NCBI RefSeq assembly: GCF_009914755.1
Contig: NC_060938.1
Reading direction: 5' to 3' (one strand)
DNA length: 64,000 nucleotides
DNA from: the human T2T-CHM13v2.0 reference genome, Homo sapiens
Shown here: in pieces, positions 41,706 to 54,800 of the stretch
How the letters are laid out: every line of letters starts with the position of its first letter
How positions within the stretch are numbered: the stretch's first letter is position 1
The notes under the pieces: generated by a model
The model's database searches: none
The model's input: the letters and a program-made list of their open reading frames with translations, nothing else
Told to the model about the DNA's origin: nothing
Translations under genes and position numbers: made by a program

Positions 41706-42669
41706 CAATAACTTAGGGTCAGTAAAGGAGCCAGCCAGCAGCCAGACTTTCCTCAGTCCCTTCCTCAGAGCCCATGCACAAGGAGTCACTTTGTTTTCTG
41801 ATTAGCCAAGCTGCCATGTTGCCTAAAAACCAGACTGGAAAGAACATTCATTGTACAGCTGAGCATATTGTGTGATTGAGTGAGAAAAGAACAGCAACAA
41901 GATGCTCTGCCTCTCGTCAACTGTAGGAAGCTGCAAATTCAAGGCCAGTGACCAGGTTCACAAAATGCAATTGTTCTCAATGACACTTAACAAAGAGCCA
42001 GGGAGAGAATCGATTGTCATTAAAAGCTGGCCAAGAACATCGATCGTCTCCCCAGTGATGATCTCAGAATTTTGACTTAGCCAGGCCAAGAGCGTTGGTG
42101 CAGAGACGTTTTGATGTGATTTCTCATGTGGAAATGGGCTCCAGCATGGCGAGTCAGCACAAAACAAGCATGAAGCTAAGGACGGAGCAGCCAGAGCTCT
42201 GCCCATGCCTCTCCTGCTCCACCTCCATGCCCTGTAGACAGAAAGCAAAGGAGGAGGACTGGCTGGACTGGGAGATAGTAGATCCTGTGGGTCCTGTCCC
42301 TTCCTCTCTGTTCCTCTTTATCCAGATACTTTAGAAGCCTTTGGAACTGTGACATTTCTGGGCCTCACATTCAGGGGAAGGAGGATGATTCCTTCAGCCT
42401 GCTGGCCATAGAGAACCTGGCCATGGATATGGCCTAGATAAAACAAGCCAAACCATCTCCTATTTATCCCTGAGACCCCAAGATGGGCAGTGAGCAAGGC
42501 CTCATGCCCCTAGAGCTCTCCTAGGTGGGAGGGAATATCTTGCTGTCAAATGCTCCTGAATACAATTCCAACTCCTGCTCTGTCCTGCATCTTGCTGTGG
42601 TTGGGGAAGAGGGTGCAATGCTCTCATTTATAGTATGCAGGCTAGGATCTGAGCAGTAAGTCTTGTTCA

Positions 42670-43160
42670 TCCATCTGTCTATCCAAAAAATGCTAGCTGA
42701 GTGACTGCTGCAGCCAGATGCTAAGGCAGGTCCTGGGAATAAACAGATGTACAGGGCAAAAAGCTTGCCCTTTAGGAGAACATGACAGACACTGGGAAAT
42801 CAATAGCCACAGAGAAACATAGCAAGTGCTAGAATGAAAGCATGTTAACCACAAGGTACCTTGGTAGCAGGGAGTGGAGAAGTTGAACACAGAGGGAAGA
42901 CATGAAGACATTCCAGAAAGGCAGAGAGGGTGGTCCATGCGAAGCAACAGAAGGCACTAGGAACATCCTGGGAACTGCAACTTACCAAGCAGCTGAGGCT
43001 CAGAGTGGGCCTGGGAGGGGATGGGAGATCAGACTGGAGGGCTGGCTGGGAGCTTAGCCAGAGCACAGGGCACAGCATAGGACTTTAGGCAGGGGCACAG
43101 TGTCAGATGGGTGATTGGACGGTCATCCTGGCTGCAGTGGGTTGTGGGGGAATGGATAAA
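42670..43160 (-). mobile_element. L2 fragment (another at ~44500-45110)
   Basis: Purine-rich degraded reverse L2 3' region. Confidence 0.55.
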
Positions 43161-43255
43161 AGAGGGGCAGGACCAGCGTGCTAGCCTGGGGGTTCCTGGT
43201 GCCCTCAGTTTCCTTCCTTGGCCTTCCTCTGCTCAGCTAGGCTTAGCTCTGCATG

Positions 43256-43532
43256 AGTATGAGTCCATTCTCACACTGCTATAAAGAAATACCTAAGACT
43301 GGGTAATTTATAAAGAAAAGATGTTTAATTGGCTCATGGTTCCTCAGGCTGTACAGGGAGCATGAGGCTGGCATCTACTGGGCTTCTGGGGAGGCCTCAG
43401 GAAACTTACAGCCATGGTGGAAGGCAAAGGGGGAGCAGGCACTTCACATGGCTGGAGCAAGAGGAAGAGAGAGAGAGGGGAGGTGCCAAACACTTTTAAA
43501 CAACCAGATCTCATGAGAACTCACTATTGTGA
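43256..43532 (-). mobile_element. MSTA/B MaLR LTR truncated at its 5' part
   Basis: AGTCCATTCTCACACTGCTATAAAGAAATACC...GAGAACTCACTATTGTGA, then abrupt end. Confidence 0.88.
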
Positions 43533-43580
43533 TGCCTTACTTTTAATGGCAAAAACCACAATTACTTTTGCACCAACCTA
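43533..43580. mobile_element. Half MADE1
   Basis: TTACTTTTAATGGCAAAAACCACAATTACTTTTGCACCAACCTA followed by TA. Confidence 0.9.
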
Positions 43581-43587
43581 TACTTGG

Positions 43588-43976
43588 TGTGATGGTTAAT
43601 TTCCCGTGCAACTTGACTGGGCTAAGAGATGCCCAGATAGCTGGTAAAACACTATTTCTGTGAGACCATAGCTGGGTGAGATTAGCATTTGAATCAGTAA
43701 ATTGAGTAAAGAAGATCCACACTCACCAATGTAGGCAGGCGTCATCCAATCTGATGAGAGCATGAACAGAACAAAAAGGAAGTGCAAATTTTCCATCTCT
43801 GTTCTTGAGTTGGGACATCTGTCTTCTCCTGGTTCTCAGGCTTTCAGACTCAGACTGAATTACACCACCGGCTTTCCTGGGTCTCTGGCTTGCAGACAGC
43901 ATATTATGGGACTTCTAGGCTTCCATAATCGTGTAGGCCAAGTATCATAATAAATCTCTGCTTGTGTATCTAGACC

Positions 43977-44022
<46 letters not shown>

Positions 44023-44088
44023 ATCTATCTATCTGTCTATCATCTATCTATTATTGGTTCTGTTTCTCTGGAGATCACTGATAATATA
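43588..44088 (+). mobile_element. MLT2 (B/D-like) ERVL solo LTR
   Basis: TGTGATGGTTAAT...TATTGGTTCTGTTTCTCTGGAG...AATATA; TSD CTTGG/CTTAG. Confidence 0.9.
43977..44050 (+). repeat. (TCTA)n compound tetranucleotide STR
   Basis: (TCTA)11 followed by TCA/TCTG-interrupted units. Confidence 0.95.
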
Positions 44089-45414
44089 CTTAGAGTGTCT
44101 CCATTTCCCTGGTGGGGCCTGACTTGTACAAATGGAGAAAGGGGAAGCAATTAATGCAAGTTTTCTAACTGCAAAAATCCAACAGAGCAATGATATAGGT
44201 TTGCACAGAGGTTACTATCGCAGTGAGGATGGAACTTGGAGATGCTTAAGAGGTGGAATTGATAGGGTTTGATGGCAAAATGTGGGGAGAAAGGGCTAAT
44301 TTTTTTGAAATTTTTGTAGTTAAAGGGTTTTGTCATATTGCCCAGGCTGGAGCAAGTTTCTTGTGGAAAAGAGACAGAGATATACCGCTTGCTGGCTCTG
44401 AATGAAAGAAAAATTTGGTGAAATGGACGTATCATTGCCAACTATCTGTTTAGCTAACTGAGGATATGAAAAACAAACACACACCTTAAATTTAGAACAC
44501 CTTAAGTATCCAAGTGGCAGGCACCGTACTGGGGTTCAGCATAAAATACCATCTGATGCCTGCCCCTAAGCAGATCACCTCCATCAGGGGAGCCAACAGG
44601 TGGATTTAAAATCCTAACAGCCTGTGATGACAGCCACCAATAGAGACAGGACTTTGGTGGTCTGGAACTTGGTGAGAGAACGATATGACTTGGGCCTTGA
44701 AGGACTGACAGAGACTTTTCAGGAGGAGAGAGGTAGGGAGTGCATAGAGCATCCCAGGAAGGGGAAAAAATGTGAAGAGGCCCCGAGCCACAAAAGGCTG
44801 AAGAGTTTGGTGACTGGAGTCATTGAGGATGCCCGCAGTTCAGGTGGGTCTGAGAAATGACAGAATCAGAGGTGATTTGGAAAGAGAAGTCTCATGGTCC
44901 TGCAGAGGAATGTGTGGTCAGTGGAGACCAGCACCTGTGGTCATCATCTGGGCAAGAGGAAATGGGACTTGACCAGGATGGCGGCCAGAGGAGTGGAGGA
45001 CAAAGGATGATCAAAGGTGAGTTTAAAGTACAACTGGCCAGACTGGGTGTTGGGTTCCATGGAGGAGCTGACAGAGCAGGAGGGACTCTGGATGATTTGA
45101 GGCTTCTTAGAAGGGTTGGTTTGGGATGGACAGGTTGACTTCTTCACAGCACGTTGTAAACATGAAAGACGAATGTTAAACACAGTGTGTTTATGTTATT
45201 ATTAAGTTACAAGTCGTTAGACAGAGAAGAAAACTTCTGCCTTTGCAGCGTAAAAAAGTTAACTCAGGTGTGAAATATATATCCCTCCTTCAGAATTTTC
45301 TTAGTTGCCAATTGACATTTTTACTCCCAAGGGGATTAGTTACTGCCAGTAAAGGTGGAAAAATATAGAGTTGTTTCCCTCCTACTGGGTCTGATGGGTT
45401 AGATGAAATTTTTA

Positions 45415-45808
<394 letters not shown>

Positions 45809-46720
45809 AAGAAATGGCCTAGCAGAAAGGATTAAGCATCAAAAAGGCATGCTTTTTGTATAATACAACAAGATCCCTGTGAATCAGCATGCATGAACAC
45901 ATTCCCTCTTAGCTCAGAGCAGAATTTGCTGCCATGGTCCACATTCAGGCAGAAGGCTGGAGGTGATGAACTCCTGCAGGTCTATGCAGCATGTTCAGTG
46001 AATAAGAGTTTTGCAGGGAAGTCTAGCCTGATAATCAACAGAAGGCTTCATGCATCTCTCTGCACACCCTTGTTTGGCCATGATAGTGGCAGGAGGGTTA
46101 TTAAGATAAAGTAAGAGCATCCTCTACCATTCAGGTTCTCCAATCTTTTGCTCTTAGAGCAATTTTGAGAAAGGAGTGATAAAAGTAAGGTGGTGGGGAG
46201 AAAAAGCCGGGAGCAGGGCAGGTATGGGAGACAAATGTTTGTTTATAAGCCAAGAACATCAAGCATCGTGCAGAAGAAATGTCCCAGATTCTTTTTATCA
46301 CAGAGCTGGTGCCAGGCAGCAAGGATTAGTTCATTAAGAAATAATCCACCCATTGGAGGGATGGCTAAGTCTGCAGATAGTGGACAGGCTCTTATCCAAT
46401 GTCTCATCAGCTAACAGGTGAGAAGAGGGGAGACTGGCAGGAGAAGAAGACAAAGGCTGGATTCATCTTTGCAACCAACATGCTTATGTCTAGAAAAGAC
46501 CAACAACTACTAAAAAGTTTGGGGAAGGATATACCAGCTGCCAGTGAGATGCCCATTAATCAACACAGCTGGATTTTTGGACACGATCATGCTTGAAGGT
46601 AAGAGCCAAATTTTTTATCTGTGTCCCAGCACCTAACAGGATTGTCACATAGCAGTTGCTGAAAAACAAGTGTGAATTGACTATGACAATAAAGGAGAGA
46701 ATCTATTTAAAAAGTTTCCA

Positions 46721-47047
<327 letters not shown>

Positions 47048-47366
47048 TTAACTTCTTTATTCTTTCGTGTTTTTGGATAGTCTTTTTAGTCTACTGAAGT
47101 TCTGGATGCTTAAATATATATGCCATGTTGGGTAAAGGGCCAACTATTTAAAAGTAAGTAGGTGCCAGAAGTTACCAAACTCCTGATAATATTTTTAAAG
47201 GAAGCTAACTATACAAATTCATTTGACTATACTTAAAGGCTAAGTACATGCTAGATAGGTCAGTCCCCTAAATAGGCATGTAAATAAAGTGAAGAAATAC
47301 TACTAGGCATTATACCAAAACTTCCGGGTTGTAAACAGCAGACAATATCTGCACACTACAGATCCA

Positions 47367-47756
47367 TGTATTAGTTTGTTCTCACGCTGCTATAAAGAAC
47401 TACCTGAGACTGGGTAATTTATGTAGAAAAGAGGTTTGAAGAGGAACTGTGAAGTTCCTCAGGCTGTACAGGAAGCATGGCTGGGAGGTCTCAGGAAACT
47501 TACAATCATGGCAGAAGGGCAAAGGGGAAGCAAGCACATCTTTACATGGCAGCAGGAGAGAGAGAGAGAGCAAAGGGGGAAGTGCCACACACTTTTAAAC
47601 CATCAGATCTCATGAGAATGCACTTACTATCATGGGAACAGCAGGAAGGAAATCTGTCCCCATGATTCAATCACCTCCCACCAGGTCCCTCCTCCAACAT
47701 TGGGAATTACAATTCGACATGAGATTTGGGTGGAGACACAGAGCCAAACCATATCA
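47367..47756 (-). mobile_element. MSTA solo LTR
   Basis: TGTATTAGTTTG...CCAAACCATATCA; perfect TSD ATCCA. Confidence 0.92.
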
Positions 47757-48079
47757 ATCCATAGCCTCAATGTCACCCTCTGAGTGAGAATCTTGGGTGG
47801 ATTATTAAGAGAATAGTTTGCAAGCTCTTGGCAAGGAAGCCATCTTGGGCTAAGACAGAGTAAAGGAATGAATGAATTGTGGTTTCTTTTCATGTACGGG
47901 GTATGTTCCTCAAGACTTCATATAATAACTACATAAGTCAAGGCTAATTCCCCCATAGGAATAAAGTAGAATTCACATTATTTCAATGTTTATGCAATTA
48001 GTGAAATTTTATTCCTTTTCATTGCTTTATTTCAAATTGGCAGACCTTACCTTAGCATAGAGTGCAACTTCATTTCCTT

Positions 48080-48900
48080 TCTTATAAAGGAAGACTACAG
48101 ACTTATACATGGAGAATGAGGAGGTACTTGACAAACTTTTGACTGGATGGAGACATGTACATTGCATCTTCAGAAAGCCTGGTGCCTGCATAACTAGTTG
48201 AATGATGAATGACTGACAATGAAAGGTGCTGACTGAGAAGAAAGTTGACCTACAAGGAGGGCTCTAGACCCATGCCACATGGCTCCAGCTTTGTCCTTAT
48301 ACAAAAGACATTTTCAAATTTGTGATTAAATGATACCTGGAAGGAAAGCAAATGTTTTTGATGACAAAATCTGAATCCTCATACCCCCAGCCCACTGCCA
48401 ATCTGAACTGGCTTAAGACAGTGGACCAAATCCAAGGAGATTTGACAGAGATAATGTAGTCCCTCGCCGTGACTCAAAATGGGTATCTGGAGAAGAACAT
48501 CAATAGACAGGACTTACTTGTTTTAGCTAATAGCAACTTCAATGTGAATCAGTGGTTTGGTTATATTAATGGAAATAGAGGATCTAGAATGAGGTGGGGA
48601 GAGTTTCTCATCATTGAACTGTACCTGGAATTCTGTTGTCAGTTCTCAGTTCTGATCACAAATGGGAACATGTTCAGAAGAAAGCAAATAGGAGGCAGAA
48701 GTTGGAATGTTTATTCTGAAAAAGACTTAGAAATTATTGTTGTTTTCAACAATATTATTGTTGCCATGTGCAAGATGATTTAAGTTTACATGTTTGTGGC
48801 CTTTTAGGATAGTCTAAGCACCTTCAGGTAAGTCTTAGGGAGCAGGATTTTGTCTTAATATAGGAACAATTAGAAGTGTCTGAATACGGTAAAAACCTCT
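48080..48900 (+). mobile_element. L3/CR1 LINE remnant
   Basis: GGAGGGCTCTAGACCCATGCCACATGGCTC...GATGACAAAATC...GATTTGACAGAGATAATGTAGTCC resembles the L3 RT region. Confidence 0.65.
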
Positions 48901-49029
48901 GGAGGCAGGTGATGTTTGGGCATCTTGACACCATTTAATGGTGAACTGGGGACATTGTAGCAAGGAGTCTATAAATATGAATTCTCTCTTTTAAACTCTT
49001 AGAGAGTCACTTACAGATGATTCCACCAA

Positions 49030-49610
49030 GATAAATAATAAACAGTCAGCAAACATATGAAAAGTAATGTAACTTTGCTAGAAATTAAATTTAAATTAAA
49101 ATGGCAACAAAGTACTATTTTTGTCTGTTAGCAAAAATTAAAGAGTAAAATCATATCCAATACTGGTGAGAGTGTCATGAAACTGGGGTTTGCATTCATT
49201 GCTGTTGGCATTGGTGCCTCTTAGAAAGTCTGCGTATAAATAGCTACCTCATTGATAACACTTTTGTTTCAATAGTCCAATAGGCAATCTAACTGAAAGA
49301 CAAGTGGAAAGAATGTAAATTGCCACATACCTGAAGATGTTCATTGCAGTATTACTTATAATGGAGAAATTGAAAGCAATATAAACATTGAAGAGTAAGG
49401 TAACAGTTGAAGATGGCAGGACACCCATTCAACAGGATGTTATGTATTACTTCAAAAGATAATCATTTTTCACTATAGCTATATGGAAAATGCATAGGAT
49501 ATGGTAAGTGTGTACGTGTGGTGAATTGCCAGCTATGAAATCCTACAGATCTGATGATTATAATTACATACCAAATAAATGGATACAATAGAAAAGACAG
49601 AAAATTTCTT
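49030..49610 (+). mobile_element. Degraded L1ME-like ORF2 end/3' UTR
   Basis: CATTCATTGCTGTTGG...AAGATGTTCATTGCAGTATTACTTATAAT. Confidence 0.65.
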
Positions 49611-50121
49611 CTCTTTAAGTCCAGCTCCACGACTAGCTAGGCGTGTTATCCTGGGCAAAAATTTTCCTGTGTCTCAGCTGCCTGGTCCATAAAATGGGGA
49701 GTTTGGACCAATGGTCTCTAATATTCCTTCCTGTTTTATAATGTGAATAGACTGGACTCATTTAATGAAGAAACCGTATCCTGGGGGGAGCTAGAAATCA
49801 GCCACTATCTTGGTTTCAGACTTTCCCCACCAGACATAATATGTACTTCGTCCATATTATATCTTTTTAGAAGTCAGTTTGAAATGTGTACCAGGTGAGA
49901 AAAAGTAGAATTCCTGACTCTCTCAAGTAAGCTGCCGTATTTGAAGGAGATTTAGCCATAGATACTCCAAATTACTTTATTATGGAGTAACATAAAACGA
50001 TTCTCACAAAAGTTACTGAGTCCAAAAATGCCCAAGAATGATTTCAAATTACGGTATGACTGCTATGAGCATTATTTAGACACACTGCTCTAGAAAGGTC
50101 TGTTCACACAAAACAAAGGAG

Positions 50122-50215
50122 CAATTTTTTAAAAGACTTGAGTACAAGGGAATAAACATATTATTTAATATTATTAAATGCTTATTCCCTTGTACTTGAG
50201 TCTTTTAAAAAATTG
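50122..50215. repeat. Inverted repeat with 38-bp arms and an 18-nt AT-only spacer
   Basis: 50122-50159 vs reverse complement of 50178-50215: 35/38 identical. Confidence 0.95.
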
Positions 50216-51863
50216 TCCACACCCAGCCCACAAACCCTGGTTTTGTATTCCTATCAATGAAAAAAAAAAGGTCAAAATACACTTCTGCTGGCATATGTAG
50301 GGCCATTTGGTTTGGTGATCTGGAATTAGGGTAACCAGAACATGAGCTTTTAGCTCATAAAAACCTCCTAGTCATATCAGACTCCCGAAAATGCCCTCAT
50401 CTGTTCATAACTTTCTAGAAGGATGGTGACTTCTTGGTTCATACTTTCATCAGGCAGTGCAGTCAAAAGGTAAGGAGAAAACTGTTTAGGGTCTGCAGTG
50501 CCCCTCACTGGCACCCATCCAGACTCAGCTTCAAACCCAGAAGAGCCTTCATGGTCCCTGACACCATGGGGAGAAGTTCCCTTCTCTAAGAACCCATAGG
50601 AATTTGAAGACAGTGTTACCTGATCAGAATTTTGCAGGTGTGATCATTTAGACAGGGCTCCCTCAGGCATGCTGATCATCCACGTGGGGTCTCTCCTCCA
50701 GTCTCGAGAGTCACTTATTGAAAATGGTTGTTGTAGGTGCTGTTTTAAGGTGGCCCCACCTTATATTTGGCCTCAAGCACTACCCAATTTAGATGATTAC
50801 TTGATTCATCAGATTCAGCTCCCAATGACTTTAGCTCTTCCTCCCAATCAAGTCTCCTCAAATATTGATTTGTACCCTGGAGGACACATCACAGCTTTGA
50901 AAGTGATTCCAACAGTGGGATCAGATATGGCAGCAATAAGGGCCAAACCCACAGGATCCAGAGGTGACCACCTTGAGATGGGTAACGGGGAGGAATTTAT
51001 CCCCGTAAGCTTACCAGGACAGATGGGCCTATGACCTCAGAATGATACCATAACTGCAGGAGGACAGGAGACGCAGCCCAAGCATCTTGGAGAACAAAGA
51101 CACCAGTGGATGTGGGGGCCCAGCAGAAGGGTAGTGTCCAAGGCCAACTCTACACTACGGTTACTGTTGGTGGCAAGACCTGCAGACAGGACATGCTGAA
51201 AACAAAACCATCACAAAAGGAACCAGAGAGATGCACGAGAACATCCTCTTTCTACTCCTCCAGCACGGTGAGTGGTGCCCTGTGATCCCTTCCTTGTTCC
51301 CACTCCCCTCTCTCCCATCAGCTCCTTGTTGGCTCCTGGGGGATGTGTGTGCGAGGGTCTGGGGTGGGCACTTGAGTGATGACGTAATAAACCCTGGCAG
51401 ATGAAGGTCTTAGGGCTAGGAATGTCATTACAAGAAACCCTCAGGATCTGGGATAGGCTGGCAGGCTCCAGTACTAAAGTACAATTGCAGTTTATTGTTT
51501 GACAACTTCCAAATGAAAGGGAAGCTCTGTCTAAACCACAAGTCTTAAGGCTCATGATGGGAGGCTGGCCAGCCACCAGCTACACCAAAGCTGGAATTCT
51601 CTTGAGATCCCGGGTAAGCCCAGCTTCCGAATGTGCATTTGTGTTTGCAGAGCAGTGTGTGATGCCCACCCAAGCCTACGCACGTGTGAGGATGGGCACA
51701 ATAAATGCAGCTGAGAACCCCGAAACCAGACTGCAAAAACTGCACACACGCCTGACCGCAGGTAAGGAACAGAAATGACGTTGTGGACCAGCATCTGCAC
51801 AGGGAGGCGCAGCACACATAACACTACGTGGTGTTTTTCTTCAATTGATGCAACTCAGTAATT

Positions 51864-51869
51864 TTTATT
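51864..51869 (-). terminator. FOXN3: Distal FOXN3 polyadenylation signal AATAAA
   Basis: TTTATT on the plus strand; GU-rich downstream element (GTAGTGTTATGTGTG on minus) at ~51814-51828; sits at the end of a repeat-free UTR-like tract. Confidence 0.75.
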
Positions 51870-54800
51870 GCAACTGGAAGACAATACATCACAGAAACTT
51901 TATGGTAGGTCTGGGGAAAAGTGTTATTTACAATAAATGATGAAATAGTTTGTCTTTGGCAATATGATTACATACGAAGAATGCAAAATGCAGGTATGGA
52001 TGCCTTCCAAGCAACACCAAGTCCCTAGAGTTCGGCTGATCGCGCCTGCCTCCACACTGTTTCTTTAGGTTTACATGAACATAACAGAACATCACGTTCT
52101 TTCTCCTTTATGGTTCTCCCTTTCTATTCATGATATTGGCAGTTTCATACAGAAAATACAGAAAAAAAATTGGCTTTTGAAAAATTATTACTCTCGTAAA
52201 TTAATTTGGCCGTGTAGGTCTATTGGCCAGCCAAGGTCAGACGACCCTAAGCATCAATAGTAAACCTCTTGGTCTTCTGATTGCTTTATCACTTTTTTTT
52301 TTTTTCTGTAAAACAAAACAAAACTCAGAAATGTTACAGAATCAGAGTATTAAAAAATGTACAAGTGTATATGCTTCCCAGACACACATGGATACATTTT
52401 TCCTCCACATTTTCACCATGGCAGTATTAAGTAGTGAGTGTGAATGACACAGCATGAAACTGGTTACTGAATCAGCTATGAGCTCAGATGGCCTCAACAT
52501 ACATACTCAAGAAATGTTGCATGTTTAAATAACTGAGAGTGTGCTAAATCTCATCTAAAAAAAAGGAGGAGAGGGGCTGGGGAACTCAGGCCACAGTCAT
52601 GAAAGGATGAATACAATTTCTAGGTTTAATAGGTTCACCATATCGAAGTCTTTGAGAATCCAATATGGAATATCAATTATTTTGCAAAAGGTAGAGAAAG
52701 CAGTTCTCAACTTTTGCAAATGAAATACAGTGGAAAAACACTGTTGTATATATTCCAAATAAATAGTCTCGATTTCAATGCTAACAAAACAACAGGAAGG
52801 GTACTCGTGAGCATCTCACGGTTAAGTCAGAAATGATCGTTCACACACGTCTGATTTCAGAAGTACAACAGCAAGGTGCAGCACCATAGACACATCGGTT
52901 TCGGCTGTTAAAAGATGGATCGTTTTAAAAACTGTGTTTTCCTTCCTTAATTTTTGGTCAGTGAAGCTAGCACTTGTTTGCTGAACTGTGGAAGAACTGC
53001 AAGGTCACACACATTATTCATGATAAAGCAACCGAGCTGACGAGTCTGTGCTTAATTCAAGAATAACCAGTAGGAGAGAGAGAAAACACAAGGAGTTAAC
53101 CACCATCGCCGGTGCTCTCTCAAAGGAAGAGGGGTTAACAGATGAATTCACAAAGGTAGGCAGATCTATACAGAACACTGAATGCCATGTGTAAATCCTC
53201 ATGAAACTCCAGAAACAGGAACACCACACAATGTATATACTTTGATTTACACATTCCGTTACAAAGGAAAAAAAGACACCATTACAGCTTTGTAACTGTG
53301 TTAACTGCAATATAAACCAAGTCCAGAGTTTGGCAGGTAACTAAAAGAGGGTTATCACTTAGGTTATATAGCAAAAGTGTTGATGTATATTATATATAGT
53401 AGTATAAATAATAAAAAAGTATTATTTAAATTAGATCACAGTGCTGCATTATGTGCATAACAGTGTTTGATATAGTATTGGTGGGCTGGGACCTACGACA
53501 CTAAGGACTTAACTGTCAACACTGGGAAGTCACAATCAAGAGGAAACACAGAGTTCCAATGTTTTCTTTTGGTGGCAAAAAAAATCCTGAAGATGAAAGA
53601 AAAATACTTCTCTACAGAAACATAAAAATCAATTGCAACATCTGGGCAGCTGTGATCCACCAGAAAGAAACGAGTCCCAACCTGGATTAAAGGGAAAGAG
53701 AAATCACATGGAATTTAATCCAATCTCATCTAGAAAAGCTTCCCATTTAGGTCACTTGTACGTAACTCCAATTCCTTCTCCAAGAGCCCTTCCAGGAGAG
53801 GCCCAAGGCGCCCCCCACAGAGTGGAATGAGTGGAACTTGCGTCAGTAGCCCTTGGCCTGGGCAGTCCTGGCGTGGTGCAGAACTCTGAGCTGGGCACAG
53901 AAGGCCTCCACCTGGTTCTCACTCTACAGAGCCCACTGCCTGATGCTGTCCCTCAGGCAGGAGCCTCCTTCAACACAACGGCCCCTCCCAGAAGGCTCTG
54001 TGGTAGTAACTGCTGTGGCCAGCAAGCACTAGACACATTGAATGCCTCTGCAAAACAAAAGAAAACTCTGTTCTTGGGAATCGGCCTCTGGCACATTCCT
54101 TCTTAAAAACTCCCAAGATTGAGACCTGCCACAATCGTTTTGGCCATGGTTTTCTCCAACCACCAGTGAAATATGGGTTTGGTTCATTTTAGTTTCAGAT
54201 AGATGGCTTCACCAAAGAACTCTTGAAAGAATACTGATTAGGGAGGGGCAGGGAAGTAGGAGCTTATGGTATATTATAAGGCTGGGAAAAATCTATGATG
54301 CAAACCCTTTCCACATAGTACTAGATAAAGACAAAAGACAATTATAATAGGATAAAAATAACTGTTTATATGTATATCATTTAAGAAAAAAAAGAGTGAC
54401 TGTCTCTTTCTCTTAAATGTATCCGAGGGCCAATAGCAAGTAATCGTAGACGTCGTGGTGTTGATGTGTTCACGGTTGGTTTCCAAAGCATCTTTAAATA
54501 TTGCTATAGTTCCCCGTTTCCCCCTCCCCCCTGCCCCGTGTGAGTATGTGAGATACTGGAATGACACATGAACCGCCACTTCTCCCAGCAGGAGAAATGA
54601 AAGCAAAAACGCCACACCTCTTAATGGTGTTCAGGCGATCTGTCAGACTAATGGATACATATGCTAGTTTGGAAGCTAAAAGAACACCTGACGTTTGGGA
54701 AGGAATTCCAAGACTAAAGTGAATGACACTTAAGCAAAATATTCTTTCACAAATAGGCTTGTGCTTAAATTCTCTACTGCTCTTGGAGGAGGGGATAAGA

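Noticed and set aside
50490-50515. CTCF-like motif (similar ones at ~4073 and ~30476)
   Set aside because: At least two core mismatches; not supportable without ChIP data
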